A stretch of 63,874 nt of DNA, filler included, from Reticulomyxa filosa (lineage: Eukaryota; Protista; Foraminifera): assembly GCA_000512085.1 (NCBI GenBank). It is 17 parts of 17 records of this genome, joined end to end, with 100 filler letters (N's around TTAATTAATTAA, not from the genome) between each part and the next. Parts side by side here need not be neighbours in the genome. Positions count along the whole stretch, not along the records: positions 1 to 15,725 come from ASPP01023796.1; 16 more parts are not named here. One strand, given 5' to 3'. Numbering within the stretch: the first letter of the stretch is position 1; each line of letters opens with the position of its first letter. A program made the translations under genes and the position numbers. Under the pieces are notes generated by a model that was not told the origin of the DNA, searched no databases, and saw only the letters and a program-made list of their open reading frames with translations. Positions 1 through 13,767 of the stretch are shown here, piece by piece.

Positions 1-66
1 AACCACAACAATAACCACAATAACAATAACCACAATAATAACCACAATAACCACAATAACCACAAT
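1..66 (+). repeat. AAC/CAC/AAT coding trinucleotide repeat (Asn/His-rich)
   Basis: aaccacaacaataaccacaat... is open in frame 1 and continues into the TBC gene's first visible exon. Confidence 0.7.
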
Positions 67-3000
67 GGCAATGATAACAACACACAACGCACAAACAAAC
101 CCATTCCAATGCCTTCTTATCAAACCATTAGCTATTTACCTCTCTTGCAAGATGACTACGCCGATGAGACAGAAATGCCGAGACATCGATCCACTACTGA
201 TGCACAAGAGGTGTTTTCTTCTTCCTCCATCCTTGTTTCTTGTTGTGTTTTGACTGTAGTCTGTGTGCGAAATAGCAGAAAGGCAGTAGAGTCATCGCGG
301 GTGACGGAATGGGTGCGAATGTCAATAGCAATGGCAATGTATATATTCCTCCTTTGTCTACAAGGAATGGCGCGAGACTCAGTGACCGCCAACAACTGCC
401 AGGGACAAGTAACAACAATCCAACTTCTTTTACGTCGGCATCACCTTATGCCAGCATCGTCGCACTCCAAGTACCTCAAAGGAGACGCAAAAAATACGAC
501 TTGGGCACTCCTTCTGTCGAAACGACGTTGCGAGGGAAGACATGGAAAATGATGCTGGGCGTCGGACATATTAGCAGCGAAGAGTATATTTCTTATTGTA
601 AAAAAAAACAGTTTTGAGATAACTTTATATACATATACTTAACCTATACATATATACATATGTATATGTACGTATATGTTGTACCTGTGTCTTGTCAAGA
701 TTAAAATGTGCACGTATACGTATACGTATACATATATATAGTATGCCTTTTTTTCCTCCTCCCCCTCCCTCGCTCCCCTAAAATCAAATCGAATAAAAAA
801 AAAAAAAAGGAAGTCCGTGCTATTTCAAAATTCGCAAGGACACAATGCGCACGTTCAAAACGAATGGCTTTTTCAAAGCGCGCGTGAGTGAGAAGGCGTT
901 GATTCGAGTAATAAACGCGTACTGTCACAAAACGGGATGTAGATACGTGCAAGGTATGAATGTGATTGCAGCGATGTTGTTGTTGAATATGACAGAGTTG
1001 GACGCGTTTGCAACATTTTACACGCTGCTGGAAAACTACTTGCCAACATATTGGGTTACGTTCCCAGCCGATTATGGATTGGCCGGAGCCTATGCCAGCA
1101 CCATGTTAGTGTGGGAAGTAATTAAGCTGGTGGACAAAGAGCTGTCGCAGCATTTGGACGATATGCACATCCACCCCTTTGCATGCTTCTTCCCGGCCAT
1201 GCCCTCGTTGCTCGGCATTACCAAGCCCATCGTCGAGGTCATACGTCTGTGGGATTTCCTGTTCACCTTTGGCTTGCATATGATTGTGCCTTGCGTTGCC
1301 GCTCAAATCATTGGAATGAGAGATGTTATTTTAAAAGAATCACCGTTTCAAAAAAAAAAAATACACACATACAAATAATAGGCATCTTTATCAAAAGAAT
1401 TTTTTGAAATTGAGTCTTTTTTTTAAAAAAATGAAATAAAATTGTAAATGTGCATGTGTGTATGACCATCTGAACAGGGACCTGGTTCTCGCTCGGGTGA
1501 TCAACCAACGCAACTGGCCTCGACTAAAAAGCAGCGAGGTGATCTCATTGGTGATGGACGTGGTCTTACCGAAATTGAAGAAAGACAAACTGACGTGGCA
1601 ACAAATACTGGATCACGGGAAGAACTTTGAGACGGCCAATGGACTGTTGGCGCGAGGAAAAAAACAATTAGAGCAGCCCAAGCGCAAACACTTTTCCATT
1701 CGCAAGATTTCTACTCCTCTGACAAACAATGAATATACGAGCTTAACGCCATCCCCTCCTCCCCCTCCTCTTCCTTCTTCTTCGAGCGCACAAGCGCATG
1801 CATCGACGATCGGTGGTGTTGGTGGCAGCAGCACGAGCAGAGATAGTCATCACGAGTCCAGCTCGATTTACGACGAGTACATTTCCTTTCCTCGTGCCCT
1901 TACGGCGCCCAATGCCGGAATCAATGCCGGCTTCCATCGCAAAGCTCCTTCCACCATTCACGACTTTGAAACCAAAATATTGCCATTGTCGTCGCATCAC
2001 GCCGGAAATCTCGGCGTCGTTTCCACAAGATCCATGTCCGTCTCACTGGGAGACGCCGGCGGACCTTTTCGCGACTTGCTGCAAAAAACTTTAAATTCCG
2101 TCTCTGATGATCAATGGTTTGCGTCCATTGCGAACGATGAAGACCTGAGGTTCTTTGCCACTGTTTTTAATGTTTATGTATACGTATACGTAATTTTATT
2201 TGACGTATACACTTATTTTTATTTAAAAAAAAAAAAAAATAAAATGCAAATGACATTTAATTCAGCGAAGAAGAAGAAGAAGAAGAAGAAGAAGGAGATG
2301 ATGAAGACAATTCCCCATTGACAACGATAACGGATGAAGATTTGAATGAGGAAACGCAGGAACCCACCTCGGCAGACACGCAGACGGACCGGGAAATAAC
2401 GAGCGCGAATAATCTGACGGCGTCGAATTGCAGCTCGTCAAAGAACTCGCCCGAAGACGTGTTTCAAAAATACAACATCCCCGACAACTTGAAGCACTTG
2501 GTGCACAACTTGAATAGGCCCGGCAAGCCCACCATGGCGCTGCCGCCCAGAGTAAAGTCCCTTTCACCTAGCGAAGACTCCGAATGGAGTTCCATCGCTT
2601 GCAGCGACGCAGAGGAGGAAGAAGAAGAGGAGAAAAAAGCAGTGGTTCAACGCGGACACAACAATAACAATAACAATAACAATAACAACACTGACAACAA
2701 TGAAAATCAAGACACTACAAGAGGTATTTATTTATTTATTTGTTCCCCTTTGGCAGAGAGAGAGAGAGGGAGACGAAAAAGTTCAAAGAAAACGAACAGC
2801 ACATTTAAAAAAAAACAAAAATAATGAATTGAATAGTTGATGAAAGTAGTGATTGGGAAGGAAGTGAGAGTGCGACAACAGCAAATAGTAACAGAAATGG
2901 CAATGGCAATGGGATAAAACAAAGCAATGAAGTGGTGTACAACGCCTTGAATGAGCAAGACGGCCTTACGCCTGAACTGAATGAGAGCGAGATGGAAAGT

Positions 3001-4305
3001 ACGGACAACAGCGAGAGTCCAAAGAAGAGTGGCGACGAGTATAAGCCACTTGGCGCGACTATATCTCCACAAGACGAAGAAGAAGAAGAAGAAGACGACG
3101 ACGACGACGACGACGACGACGATGAGGAAGAAGGACAAGACACAGTGGGACCAGTGCCAATTGTGATCCCAGCCAGCCGGTCATGCGCCCCTCCGGTGAA
3201 CCAAGCCATTGACCCCACCGAGTCGGATGAGGAAAACAGCAAAAAGAAAAAGAAGAATCATTATTCGGCGTCCATCGACCAGGTGTTCATCGACGCATTG
3301 CTGCGAGACATGTCACTCGAGTCAAAGGCTGCGCGACAAGAGGAAGCATTGAACAGCAGTCTTTCTCCTGTCAGTACTTCGACAACAAGCGCTTCGCCGG
3401 TGAATCATAATTACAAGAGCAACAATTATAACAACGAGAACAATAATTATATGAATGGTAGAAGCATGACTCCAACGATAATAATGAAGAACAGAAGCAT
3501 TCCGGTGCAAAGTCCGATGAGCAAAGCGAAGAATGGATTGGACGGCGTCCCTTCGCACGTGTCAGCTCTTTCGCTGCGTGCAAAGCGCCACACGCTGACG
3601 GACATCACGAGGGCGAGGACGAGGAACCAGGAATGGAGACTGGTGAAGCCCGAGACCACGCGCGAAAGATCGCTTTCCAAGATTGGACTTGCTCAACGCA
3701 TAGGCGCGCAAAGCAAGCAACCATCCATTCTGCCTCACGCACAACGTCTGCAACGCCTGCAACGACCACAGCGCAGGTCGATGGACGAGACTACGCATCC
3801 TCAACTCACTCGTCGCATGCAACGATTTGAACGTCTGCACTCACGCACCGGTCGTCCGAAACATGCCCGCGAAAAAATTGCGCATTTTCGACAAGACGAG
3901 TCCATCAAAGAAGAGTCACGTGACTTGTTCGCCACTCCCTATTCTAAACCTTTGTCCTCGTCTCTTGACAGTCACTATCAATCTTTGCATAAAGTGTCTT
4001 CCTCTTGGACCAGTATTTCCAAGTCGAACCATAATTCCTTTTGGAAACATGAACGTGATTGTGCAACTGCACTGCCTATTGATAAGACGCGCTCGGCACA
4101 AAGCCAAAGTCCGAGTCAAAAAGCCAAATACAATGATGAAAATGCAAGTGAGAGGATCACTCAAAACAAAAGTCTTTTCGCCAATGATGTCCATTCAAAA
4201 ACTAAAAGGAACGCCGTTTCACCAGCGCCAATGGCAACTAACAAACACAATACCTTTGGTCAAATTCATAACATCCGACCTTTGTCCTCTTCTCCCTTGC
4301 AATAA
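1..4305 (+). CDS. BUB2: Bub2/Cdc16-like TBC-domain (Rab-GAP) protein with Asn/His-rich N-terminus and very long low-complexity C-terminal extension; 5'-partial, multi-exon
   Basis: TBC motifs LRGKTWKMMLG, KIRKDTMRTF (IxxDxxR Arg finger), YVQGMN (Gln finger) and VIRLWDFLFTFGLHM. RTFKTNGFFKARVSEKALIR resembles the Bub2 RTFxTDxxFxxRVSEDALIR segment. Phase-consistent GT-AG introns at 211-275, ~611-813 (least certain), 1345-1477, 2150-2265 and 2724-2836 link the ORFs through to the stop at 4305. Confidence 0.8.
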
Positions 4306-5359
4306 TTCAAATGCTGAGATTACATACTTATACACACATGTATATGTGTGTATACTATATATATATATACACCTAATATCATTTTGAGATTGATATAATG
4401 TCATACATATTTGCATATTTTGTTGTGTTTTTTATTATATGGCAAGGGCCTTTTTGTGTTGATTTGATTTACTTTAGTTGCCAGTTTATTTTTCTTCCAC
4501 TCTCCATTTTTTTCTAGTGTTGCTCTGATTTGTGTTATTGTTCGAGTTTTATATGACAAGTTTCTACCTAACAAAATTGTTGCAATCAAGTAGAGTTTAA
4601 CAGGTTTTTTGTATTTGTTTGCTTCGTTTACTTTGTTTGGTTTCTTTATTTCTTGTTTATTTCTTTATTTGTTTGTTGGTCTTTTTTTGGCAATTGGTTT
4701 CGTGTAATTGCTTTTCTCCTGGATACAAATTTTTTTTGTATTTTTTTTTTTGGTTGTATTTGTACAAGAAGTGGTCACAGTTTGAGCATTGCAGCTCCAA
4801 CTCTGCAAGTAAGAAAAAATTTTAAGAAAAAAAGCACTTTCTAGAGTTCTTTTGACATAACACTTTTTGTTTTGATGGACAAAACACAAACTAAAAGTTA
4901 TTCTGAATGCATTTCCACATCAAATTGAGAAATAAAAAATGAAAGCAACATTTTTCAAAAAAGTATGTTTCTTTCGCACGCTTTTTTGTTGAAGTAAATG
5001 AAAGTTGATTACATAATAAATATTTTTTAACCGCGACAATAAGAAGCAACCTTTCCAAGGAAGAAAAAGAAAGGGGAACGAGTGTTTTGACAACTTAGTT
5101 CTATCATTTTTTTACAGGTGATATTTTACAAGGTTATTTTGGCACATTTTTTCAAAAATATGCAGTAGATTTTGCTATATTTATCAAAAGGGGAGAAAGG
5201 CAATTTGCTATATCTCCAATTTAATTGAAGATATTGTCAGTGAAAACGTGAAAAAACAGCCTTTTTCATTTATTCGTGCCATAGGCTCTTTTTCAAAGGA
5301 AAAAAAAGTTTTAATTTTTATTCGTTTATTTTTATTGACGGTCCGAGCTCTTACATGGT

Positions 5360-7680
5360 TTAATCATCGGGTTCATCATCAGCAACTGCGTGTGCCTTGG
5401 TTTCGATACCTCCATTTTGATCCATCAATTGATATTGTTTCATGATATTAGTGAACCGTTGATCGACCGCTTGTTGCTTCGTCCATAATCGGTACACAAT
5501 AAAACCACACAGCACAATGACTAAGAAGGAAACAACTGACAAAACGATGACCAAAGTGAGACTGGTTGACGCTTTGCTGTTTGAATCTCCTCCTCCACTC
5601 GAGTATTTGCAAGAATTGAAATTTTCATCATTACTGCTCAAGCAATTTCCGCAGGAATCAACAACATAATCGCCACCACAAATTCCACGACAATCTTTGC
5701 CTTCATCTTGCCATCCTTCCGTAGTGTTTGACAAACAATAGCCGCAATCGTTAAATTTTTTACCACTGTAAGGAACTCCATCGCATCCAACACAGCTGTC
5801 CCATCGAGAATCAGTTTGTGAAGGCAAGCATACCCCACAACGATCAGTAAGCGACTGTCCATTACAAATACCAGCACAATCCTTATCGCTGTCTGAGCAA
5901 TTTACTGCAGGAACCTGTGAACATTGTGAAGGAGCACTGCCTTCCACAAACCCAGCACAAATGGCGTCCAATACTTGGCATGTTTGCTCGGTAATTTGAT
6001 TGCAATCAATGTTACCGCGAACAATAGCCGCATTCACTAAAACCGTGGGTAATGTGTATATGTGACTTTCTTCTCGGAAACTTGTCTCTTCTTCCAAAAT
6101 GGTGTTCACACCTCCGGTGTAATTATAACCACCTGATGATTCGATGCATTGTCGGACCCATGCAGTCATGTTGGAATCCAAAGAGTCCATCTGTGTAAAA
6201 CTGCACGTCTCGGTGAACGTTTGCTCTACATTTTCTGTCAACCAGCAATTTTTATTCCACAGGTTGGAATAATCCCACCACAAAGATTCATTCAACTTGG
6301 TTGACGAGTTTACATATCTATAAAATACCGCCAAGGCAGATTGCATATAAGTTATATGTTAGTTGTGCCAATGCCATGTTGGTGTTGTATTTCAACTGTG
6401 CTTACACTTTTCAGTTTGTAAATACACATATACATATTCACACATATGAATTTATCATTATTTAATAAGTTAACCTCCATACACAAATACTTCTCAAATT
6501 TTCTTGAACAACACTCATGCCACTAATTCCGATCTCGTCGTCATATTCTGGATCAGGTCGCAATATCTAAAAAAAGCCATACAAAGGATAGAATGAAATA
6601 AAAAGCAAAAAAAAAAAAAATTACAACAAATTGCAAACCTGCCAGCATTGGTGCATTGATTGCCGCAATCATAATGGCCATCATCACAGCCCCAGTGAGT
6701 GCCATTAAGTATATACACGTGTGGTGTAAACAAGGTGTAGTTATTGTAATCAAAAGTGAGCGCGGTGTTGCGCCAGTTTTGTTTAAACTTGACACTGGCT
6801 TCGTCGTTTGCGCTTGTCCAGATTTCGTACTCTACGCGGTCGTCTGGATGAGGGAGGCCCCATTCCAAGCGAGCAATCGTCCAGTTCATCGCATTCACCT
6901 TGGGGTATACTGCCTGCGATGCTCCCCAATTCTTTACTCCCAATTGTTGCATCAATATCGATGCATAGTTGCGTTCTATTATTATCATTATTTTTTTTGT
7001 TTTTTTTTATACGTGGTTCTTTTTTTTTTGTAAGAGAAATCACTTAACGCAAAAGGACAGACGGGATTGTAATGTCATCAGTCCAACCTTCAGGTGGCCA
7101 CATAGTGAATAAAGACTCTTGAATAGTGTCCAGGACGATAGCAGCAGCAGATCCCAAGGCTTGTACGTTTTCGACTTTGTTGACGAAGTAACAGTCCCCT
7201 CGATCGATTAAAAAAATGAATGACGGGTTGTTTGGGTTCCAATCGTCCACAGCGTGAATATACTCGTTGCTTCCAGAGGGCTCTTGTGTACATTCCAAGC
7301 GATATGATACATTTGCCGGTAGCACGAGATAGCCTTCCAAACTTCCTCCGTAGTTGTGATACCCAAATTGTGATGGTGCGACTTCCCACGATTTATTGTA
7401 TAACGGGCTACTTGAACTCACGTACGGGAAGCGCAATAACGCTCCTATTTTTTTTATTGTTGTGTCATTAAACGTTTCAAATTACGTCAAGATTAAGGAA
7501 ATTTATGTAAAACAAAAAAAATTTCATTAATTTTGCTGTGGCATATTTTGTGTCCGTTGCCAATGGTGTTTTCTCTTTTTGTTTCATACATCTTTTCCTA
7601 CCCGTTGAAGACTGATCTGCAGTCTTGGCCCATACAATACCCACTAAAATAAATAAATTGCCAATAATTTTACTCAACAT
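5360..7680 (-). CDS. Vacuolar sorting receptor (VSR/BP-80-like): signal peptide, PA domain, VSR central domain, Cys-rich repeats, TM helix, YxxPhi tail
   Basis: PA motifs FLIDRGDCYFVNKV and DDITIPSVLL. VSR motifs WGLPHPDDRVEYEIWT, LFTPH, QCTNAGRYC.PDPE and VVQENLRSICVWR. TM helix followed by IMKQYQLMD. GT-AG introns at 7445-7601, 6976-7048, 6567-6638 and 6318-6474. One 1-nt frameshift at ~6556. Confidence 0.88.
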
Positions 7681-8088
7681 GGTTATTCGAACTAGTTTTT
7701 TATAAATATACTTAAAAAGTGCTAGTCCGCCAGCACACTTATTTATTTTTTCTTTGCTGTTTATTTTCTCACTTTTGTGCTCAATTTATCAAAAAATAAA
7801 GCAATAGCGCAAGAAAACGTAAAAATTTCTACAAGTGAATGGTAATAGTATTTTGTATTTGCCTTTTTTTGCAGCTATGGTATATTTAACATTTCCTGTA
7901 AAAAATATGAAAAATGATTAAACAGTAGCAAAAACTTTGAAGAAATAGGAAAAAAAATGTAGAAAGCCAGAGTGATACCAGGAATATTGAAAAAGAAGCG
8001 TTTTTAAAATTCGAAAAAGCAGCTAATCATGCAAGGAGAATATGTTACCAAAACAATTAAAAACACTTTCAATTAAAGTACACAAATG

Positions 8089-8816
8089 TTATCTTCTTCT
8101 CCTCTTCTTTTTAAATCGAACCAGCAGGCAGCTTTGCAGGAACTCTTGTATTGGAGTAGAAAGGATAAAAAATGAAATACTTATTGGTATCTTTTGCTTG
8201 ATACCAATGCATGGAGATTCGAAAGAACTCGTCAAAGCCAAGAGTGTTTTGTAACGACCACACAAATGTGACAAAGTGATCAAAGCAAAGCAGAGACGCA
8301 TAAAGAGATAGCCATCGCAGTGATATGACAGACCGGCCTTTGTTGGTGTGATGCACTCCAATGGCCCAACAGAACACAGTGTAAAACACACAAAAAACAT
8401 GCCAAATAATCCGTTGTACACTCATTGGTTTTTTGAGGGATTGCTTTTTTATTGTAGAAGCGTCTTCCATGTCCAATTCTTCCTTTGGCAGGCGAACAGA
8501 TCGAAAACGAAAATATTGTGAACGATGCAATCTTTGATAAATACCAAAAACCAATGCCAAAATTATACCATGACTCTACTCCATGTGGGTTTTCAAACAA
8601 CTGCAGCAAGCAGACCATGGCCAAGAGGACGCAAGAAATTAGGGTACAGACGAAGCAAGCACAACACAGCATTTTGCTTTCTTTCGAAGGTAGGGGACGC
8701 CGGTGGGTTGTTCTCTGTGTCTCAAAAAAATAACCCACAATAAGCCCACAAACAATTAAAAGTACACAGAAAATAAAGGAGACACAACACAGAAGAGCAT
8801 TGAAGACCCCTATCAT
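8089..8816 (-). CDS. Multi-pass membrane protein of unknown family (frameshifted)
   Basis: Several hydrophobic helices are spread over three overlapping ORFs, with frame changes at homopolymer runs. Confidence 0.45.
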
Positions 8817-9058
8817 CGTTTTATTTTTTGTTTACATCCAAGGGGCATGAACCACCAAAACTGCTTTTACGTGTCTAATTTTTCAATAAAAACGAGAATC
8901 GGATTTTACAAAATAGATTTAAAAAATGTGCAAAGTCTTATTGTTAAAAGGCTGGTGTTATTCCGAAAGAAGCTCTGGCAAAAAAAGGCTCTGAACTGTT
9001 GCTAGGACTTGCTGCCTCTCCACAAAAGGGCCCACAAACTAGGCCAAAGAAACTAAAA

Positions 9059-10100
9059 ATGGCCTGGGGTTATAATTTTTTGCTTTTTTATCCTGTTTTG
9101 TTAGCAATACTTTTACTTTCCCTCTGCTTGTCATTTCATGGTTTACAAAGCATTTGTTCCAGTACTTTTCATACTCCATCCTACATTGCTCACGAATGCA
9201 ACAGTTGAGCAGTCTTTTTCTTTGTTTCGTGAAAAGGGGCGGGAGGATACAACAAATCTTTTGGGAAAAAAACAACACAAACAAAAAGTTCATGTGTCAT
9301 TACTTTTGGAGGAGCTAAGTTGTGAGATTGAATGCCCATCACATTTGCAAATCGACACATCGGAATTGAATGTCGTATGTATATCAGTGCACAATGCCGT
9401 GCATTGGTATGAGAAATGCTTGTGGCATCAGTTAGAACGGCTGACCACAAACTCCAGTGACTCGGAACCAAAAGCATGGTCAAAAGGGAGAAAAGATGTC
9501 CAATTGGAACCAAAAAATAACATGCTGATATTGTCATCGCTGTTATTATTATTTCTTATTTATTGCGCGATCGAAGGCGAAGCCTCAATTTACAAAACCA
9601 CCACTTATCTGTTTTTGCTACTTGTCGTTATTGCATTACTGTCCCAATTCTTTTCCTTTCGCTCCATCAACAACTCTGATTCATCCAGTGCCATCAATGA
9701 CAAGACTTTTCAGCCATTGTTTGTTCTTTTACTTGCAGTTGAACATTTCAAACTTTTTAAATACATTTATAAACATTTATATATGTATATGTAACTATAA
9801 TGTAACATATGCATAGTTTATTGATATGTATATGTGTAGACCTTTCCTTTGGCTTGGATGGCTGTTTGCTCGAACTGTTTAGTGAGACAAAAAAGGACAA
9901 AGTATTATGAAAATGATTGTTTTCAGCCGTCTTTCAATGATAGTTGTGACAGTGGCGTCAGTTATTTGAAACAACCCTTATTCGATACTGCTCACAAATT
10001 CAACTTTCAGTCAGTGCTGCAAAAGCTATCCTCCCTTTTCAGTTAAATTGTCCTTTTTTTCTTTTGGTTCCGATATATGTATACACTTTTTGTGCCGTGA
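9059..10100 (+). CDS. Hypothetical multi-pass membrane protein, divergent from the 8089-8816 gene
   Basis: ORFs 8999-9208, 9138-9794 and 9849-10046 carry hydrophobic segments; intron-like TA-rich gap at ~9760-9839. Confidence 0.35.
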
Positions 10101-11199
10101 TCCGTTACAAAAGCTTTTGACCAAAAAAAAGAGGAGTTGTGTTGGATCAAATTTGCACAAAATTGTAGGAGAGGAAGCAGAGGGGAACAAATAAAATAAT
10201 CGAAATCACATAGATATTTCAACTACAAAAGACAAAAAGAATGAATGCAACGATACGTTTCGCTCTTATCACCAATCGAATAAAAAATCATTAAATCGAA
10301 AACGATTCGTGCACACACTTCCACAACATAATACCTGTATTTCCAACTCTACACAACGAAAACGAGCGAGAAAATGATTGACGTTTAGCATATACACTCC
10401 GAAAAGTAAATTCTTACAAATGTCACGCGATCTTAACACTTTTATCCCTTATTTTATATTTATGTTTTCTCTTTCAGTTTGCTTTTCGAGTTGCTGATTG
10501 TATGTGAGCCGTTAGTGCATTTTCTCGCCATTTATTTTTTGCAATCAATATTGTCCAAATTTTCTTTTCTCAGCTTTTTAAATAGCTATTGTAACACAGT
10601 CATTGCAAAGTTTTTTTAATTGAGCTTGTTAGCCCAACATAAAAAGGACCTAAGTGTTTTATATTAGTATAATTAAAGATAATGCCAAGATATTCTGAAA
10701 TGCGTGTTGTAAATTATCACGTTGCTGTTGTTCTACATTACTGTGAAAATTTTACAAGTGTATTCTTACTGAACACTGAACTAACATAAAATTTCTCTTA
10801 GATTTCTACTTTTTGTCCATGTATACCTTTCAATAAAGAAATATTTTTTTTAAAGGGAAGGAAAGTAGAAATTTATTTCCTTTTGTGATGAAGGTTTTGA
10901 ATCTATCTTTATTTGAAAGTGGCAGCGAAGCTACGCTGATAATATTTTACTAAGTCTAAATTTTTCACAAAAAAAGAAATTAAAAATCTATTAAGACAAA
11001 AAGAGTTTTAAAAGGCGAAAAAGACGTTAAACAACTGCGAAAGTTGTACGGTTCTGTTCAACGAGAAAATACAGAAAGGCGCATTTAATGAAATTACTAT
11101 TACAAATTGGTTTATATTTTTAAAGAACTTGCTAATTCAAACTTGTCTAAACTGGATTTTATAGGCTACTTAGTTGGTAAATCACATATAAGAAAATAT

Positions 11200-11620
11200 A
11201 ATATCATTTGAAAAAATTTATGCAAGTCGTATCATCCCCAAATTCGAATTGTGTAATCACCGGAACATGACACAATGATATTATCATCTGATGACACATC
11301 CAATTTCTGTATTTCATTCCCTGATTTTACATCCCATAATCGAATTGTTTCGTCATCTGCACAAGATATAATAGTTTGAAGATTTGGAAAATATTTTACA
11401 CTATTTACAATGTCTGAAGTCCTTGAAATATTTGTAGCTCTTTTCCAGATTTAATATCCCATAATCGAATAGTTTTATCTGCTGAACACGACAAAATAAA
11501 TTTACCATCCGGAGAAAATTTTGCACATTTTACATAACTTGAATGTCCATTAAATTGTTTCTTTCACATGATTTTACGTTCCATAAGTCAATTGAATTAT
11601 TAGATGATGACAAAATATTT
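11200..11620 (-). pseudogene. WD40-repeat pseudogene fragment
   Basis: Minus strand reads [43 protein letters not shown] and IVSCSGDYTIRIWG, with frameshifts. Confidence 0.75.
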
Positions 11621-12139
11621 AGGTGGTATTACAGTTTTTTCAGCTTTAAAGATGGTGCCCATTTATTCAAGACAATTGTAGATAATTTAAAGACAGATTC
11701 TGAACTTTTCTTTTTTTATATTTTTCTAACGATCATCAAATGATTGCGTTTGAAACACATAAACCAGTATATTTTTAGGATAATTGTGCTATTATCTTTT
11801 TGTTGTATTCATTTTAATTGTTTTTAAAGTTCTCCTAAATAATGACGGATTAATTTCAGATATTGAAAATTTTGTATAACTATTTTAAAAGTTGTATGTA
11901 AGAACTCAATGTATATTTTAAATTATCTAATATTGCTTTGTCATTTACATACAGATAAACAATGAAAGAACGAAATGAAGTGACAAGACCACAATTGGTA
12001 AGATTCCTTCAAACATTTTAGAAATGTTCTGTTTTTGTGGGCAACACACAAACGAATTTGATTGTTGTAATGAATTAGTCAGAAACAGATATCAAAGTAA
12101 TAATTTTTAACTAATACTCAAGCACACAGGCGGAATATT

Positions 12140-12420
12140 TTGATTATTGAAAATATTAGAAGGGCATGGCAATTCCATGTTTAGTGTAAGATTTTCAGAT
12201 ATGGTAATTAGATTATTACGATGAATCAGTTCGAATATAGGATGTTGTATTTGGAAACAATTTCAAACTTTCGGAGAATATTCTAGTTACTTTTATGTTG
12301 CAGAATTTTTTCTGATGGTAATAATATTGTTTTATGTGCAAGAGACAAAATCATTCAATTATAAGATGCAACATTATGAAAAGAGTTAATGAAATTGCAA
12401 TCGGTTTATGGAATGTAAAG
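12140..12420 (+). pseudogene. Highly degraded WD40 fragment
   Basis: LEGHGNSMFSVRFS and SVRI*DV remnants with stops and frameshifts. Confidence 0.5.
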
Positions 12421-13219
12421 TCCGAAAAAGCTAAAAAAATATATCAGTTAAATAACACATGCGAGATTTTCTATAGGTTATCGATTTGCTGTGTCTAGTT
12501 CAGTTAATAATAAAGTTCGAGTATGGCATAGAATCAAGAAAGAAGTAAAAATTTAATCTTATATAAATGTAAATATTTTTTTGATGTGTTTTCTTCGGAT
12601 ATAATACTTTATGCTTGTGGAGTGTAAGCTCAGAAAATAAAAATAAAAATATTTTAACGTAATCCTTCATCAAGATCAACTTTTGTAAAAAAAATTGTAT
12701 TTTGAAGGAGATTGAAAAAAGAAACAACTAGATACTGCAACATCTTGGCAGTATCTAAAAGAATTTTAAAGTATCATTCAAAGATTTTCAACGATTTTGT
12801 GAACAAAGTTCGTAGCGAAAGCAGCGCAAAGACAACATCAAAAGAAAACGAAATAAAATTTTTTTTAAATAGTAACATAAATACTAGTTGAAAGTATCAA
12901 ATATCGTAAAATGTAAAATATCTTTTAACACTAAACGAAATTGCAGGAAACATGATGACAACCAGAATATAAACAACAAGCAAAAGAACACACTTGGAAT
13001 TGTAAGTCAGACATGTTAACTACACTTACGGTATGGTGGTGTAAAGAAGGCAAAGTATTCTCGACTAGACATCCAATAATTTGATTAATAATGACGAAAT
13101 AATGATTGACAATGCAAACAAAAGAAGAATATATGCCGAAATCAAACAGATTGAGTGATGGAGTTTGAAAAGGTCAAAACCAGATGATAGCAATTGAAAA
13201 TTGCAATCAATTATGGAAC

Positions 13220-13625
13220 GGTTCAATTTAAGACCGTGAAGTGGAAGAAGTGGACAGATTTAAGGGCATGACAGTTGTGAAAGTGATATTTTTGAATGCC
13301 AAAGATGTTCAAAGGACACTTCAATGACAGTACAAATGCTTGGACTATTGATGATAATTCTGCAATGTTGTTTCTCTTTGTTCTGTAAGAATATCTGCTT
13401 TTACTCACTTGATTTTTATGTTTTGATCTTGCTATAACATCTTTGTAATTTGAGAATCTTTTGGATTTGCGTTTGAATTTATTTTCACTTGTCCCTTTTT
13501 TTCGACAAATTTCTTTTCTCTTTGAGATAAGTTCACATCAATTGTGTTTTTGGATTACATGACACAATATTGAATCATTTGCGTGTTGTCCTTTGCATAA
13601 TACACATTTCTGAAATCTTGGAGAT
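13220..13625 (-). mobile_element. Non-LTR retrotransposon ORF1 (gag-like) remnant with zinc knuckle
   Basis: Minus strand reads KCVLCKGQHANDSILCHVIQK (C-x2-C-x3-H-x6-C), followed by a basic region. Confidence 0.55.
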
Positions 13626-13767
13626 TCAATTCACAGAAAAAGAAAGCAAATCAATCGATTGAAAAAGAAATAGAAAAAACAGAACATAAACATTACAAAA
13701 AATATAGGAAAAGCAAGAATATTTAATTAAAAGCATCAAATCGTTGAAAGAGGGAAATACAAGGAAG

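Noticed and set aside
2728-3242. Antisense ORFs with poly-Ser/Phe/Val tracts (also at 38425, 52133 and elsewhere)
   Set aside because: They are shadows of trinucleotide repeats in real genes on the opposite strand.
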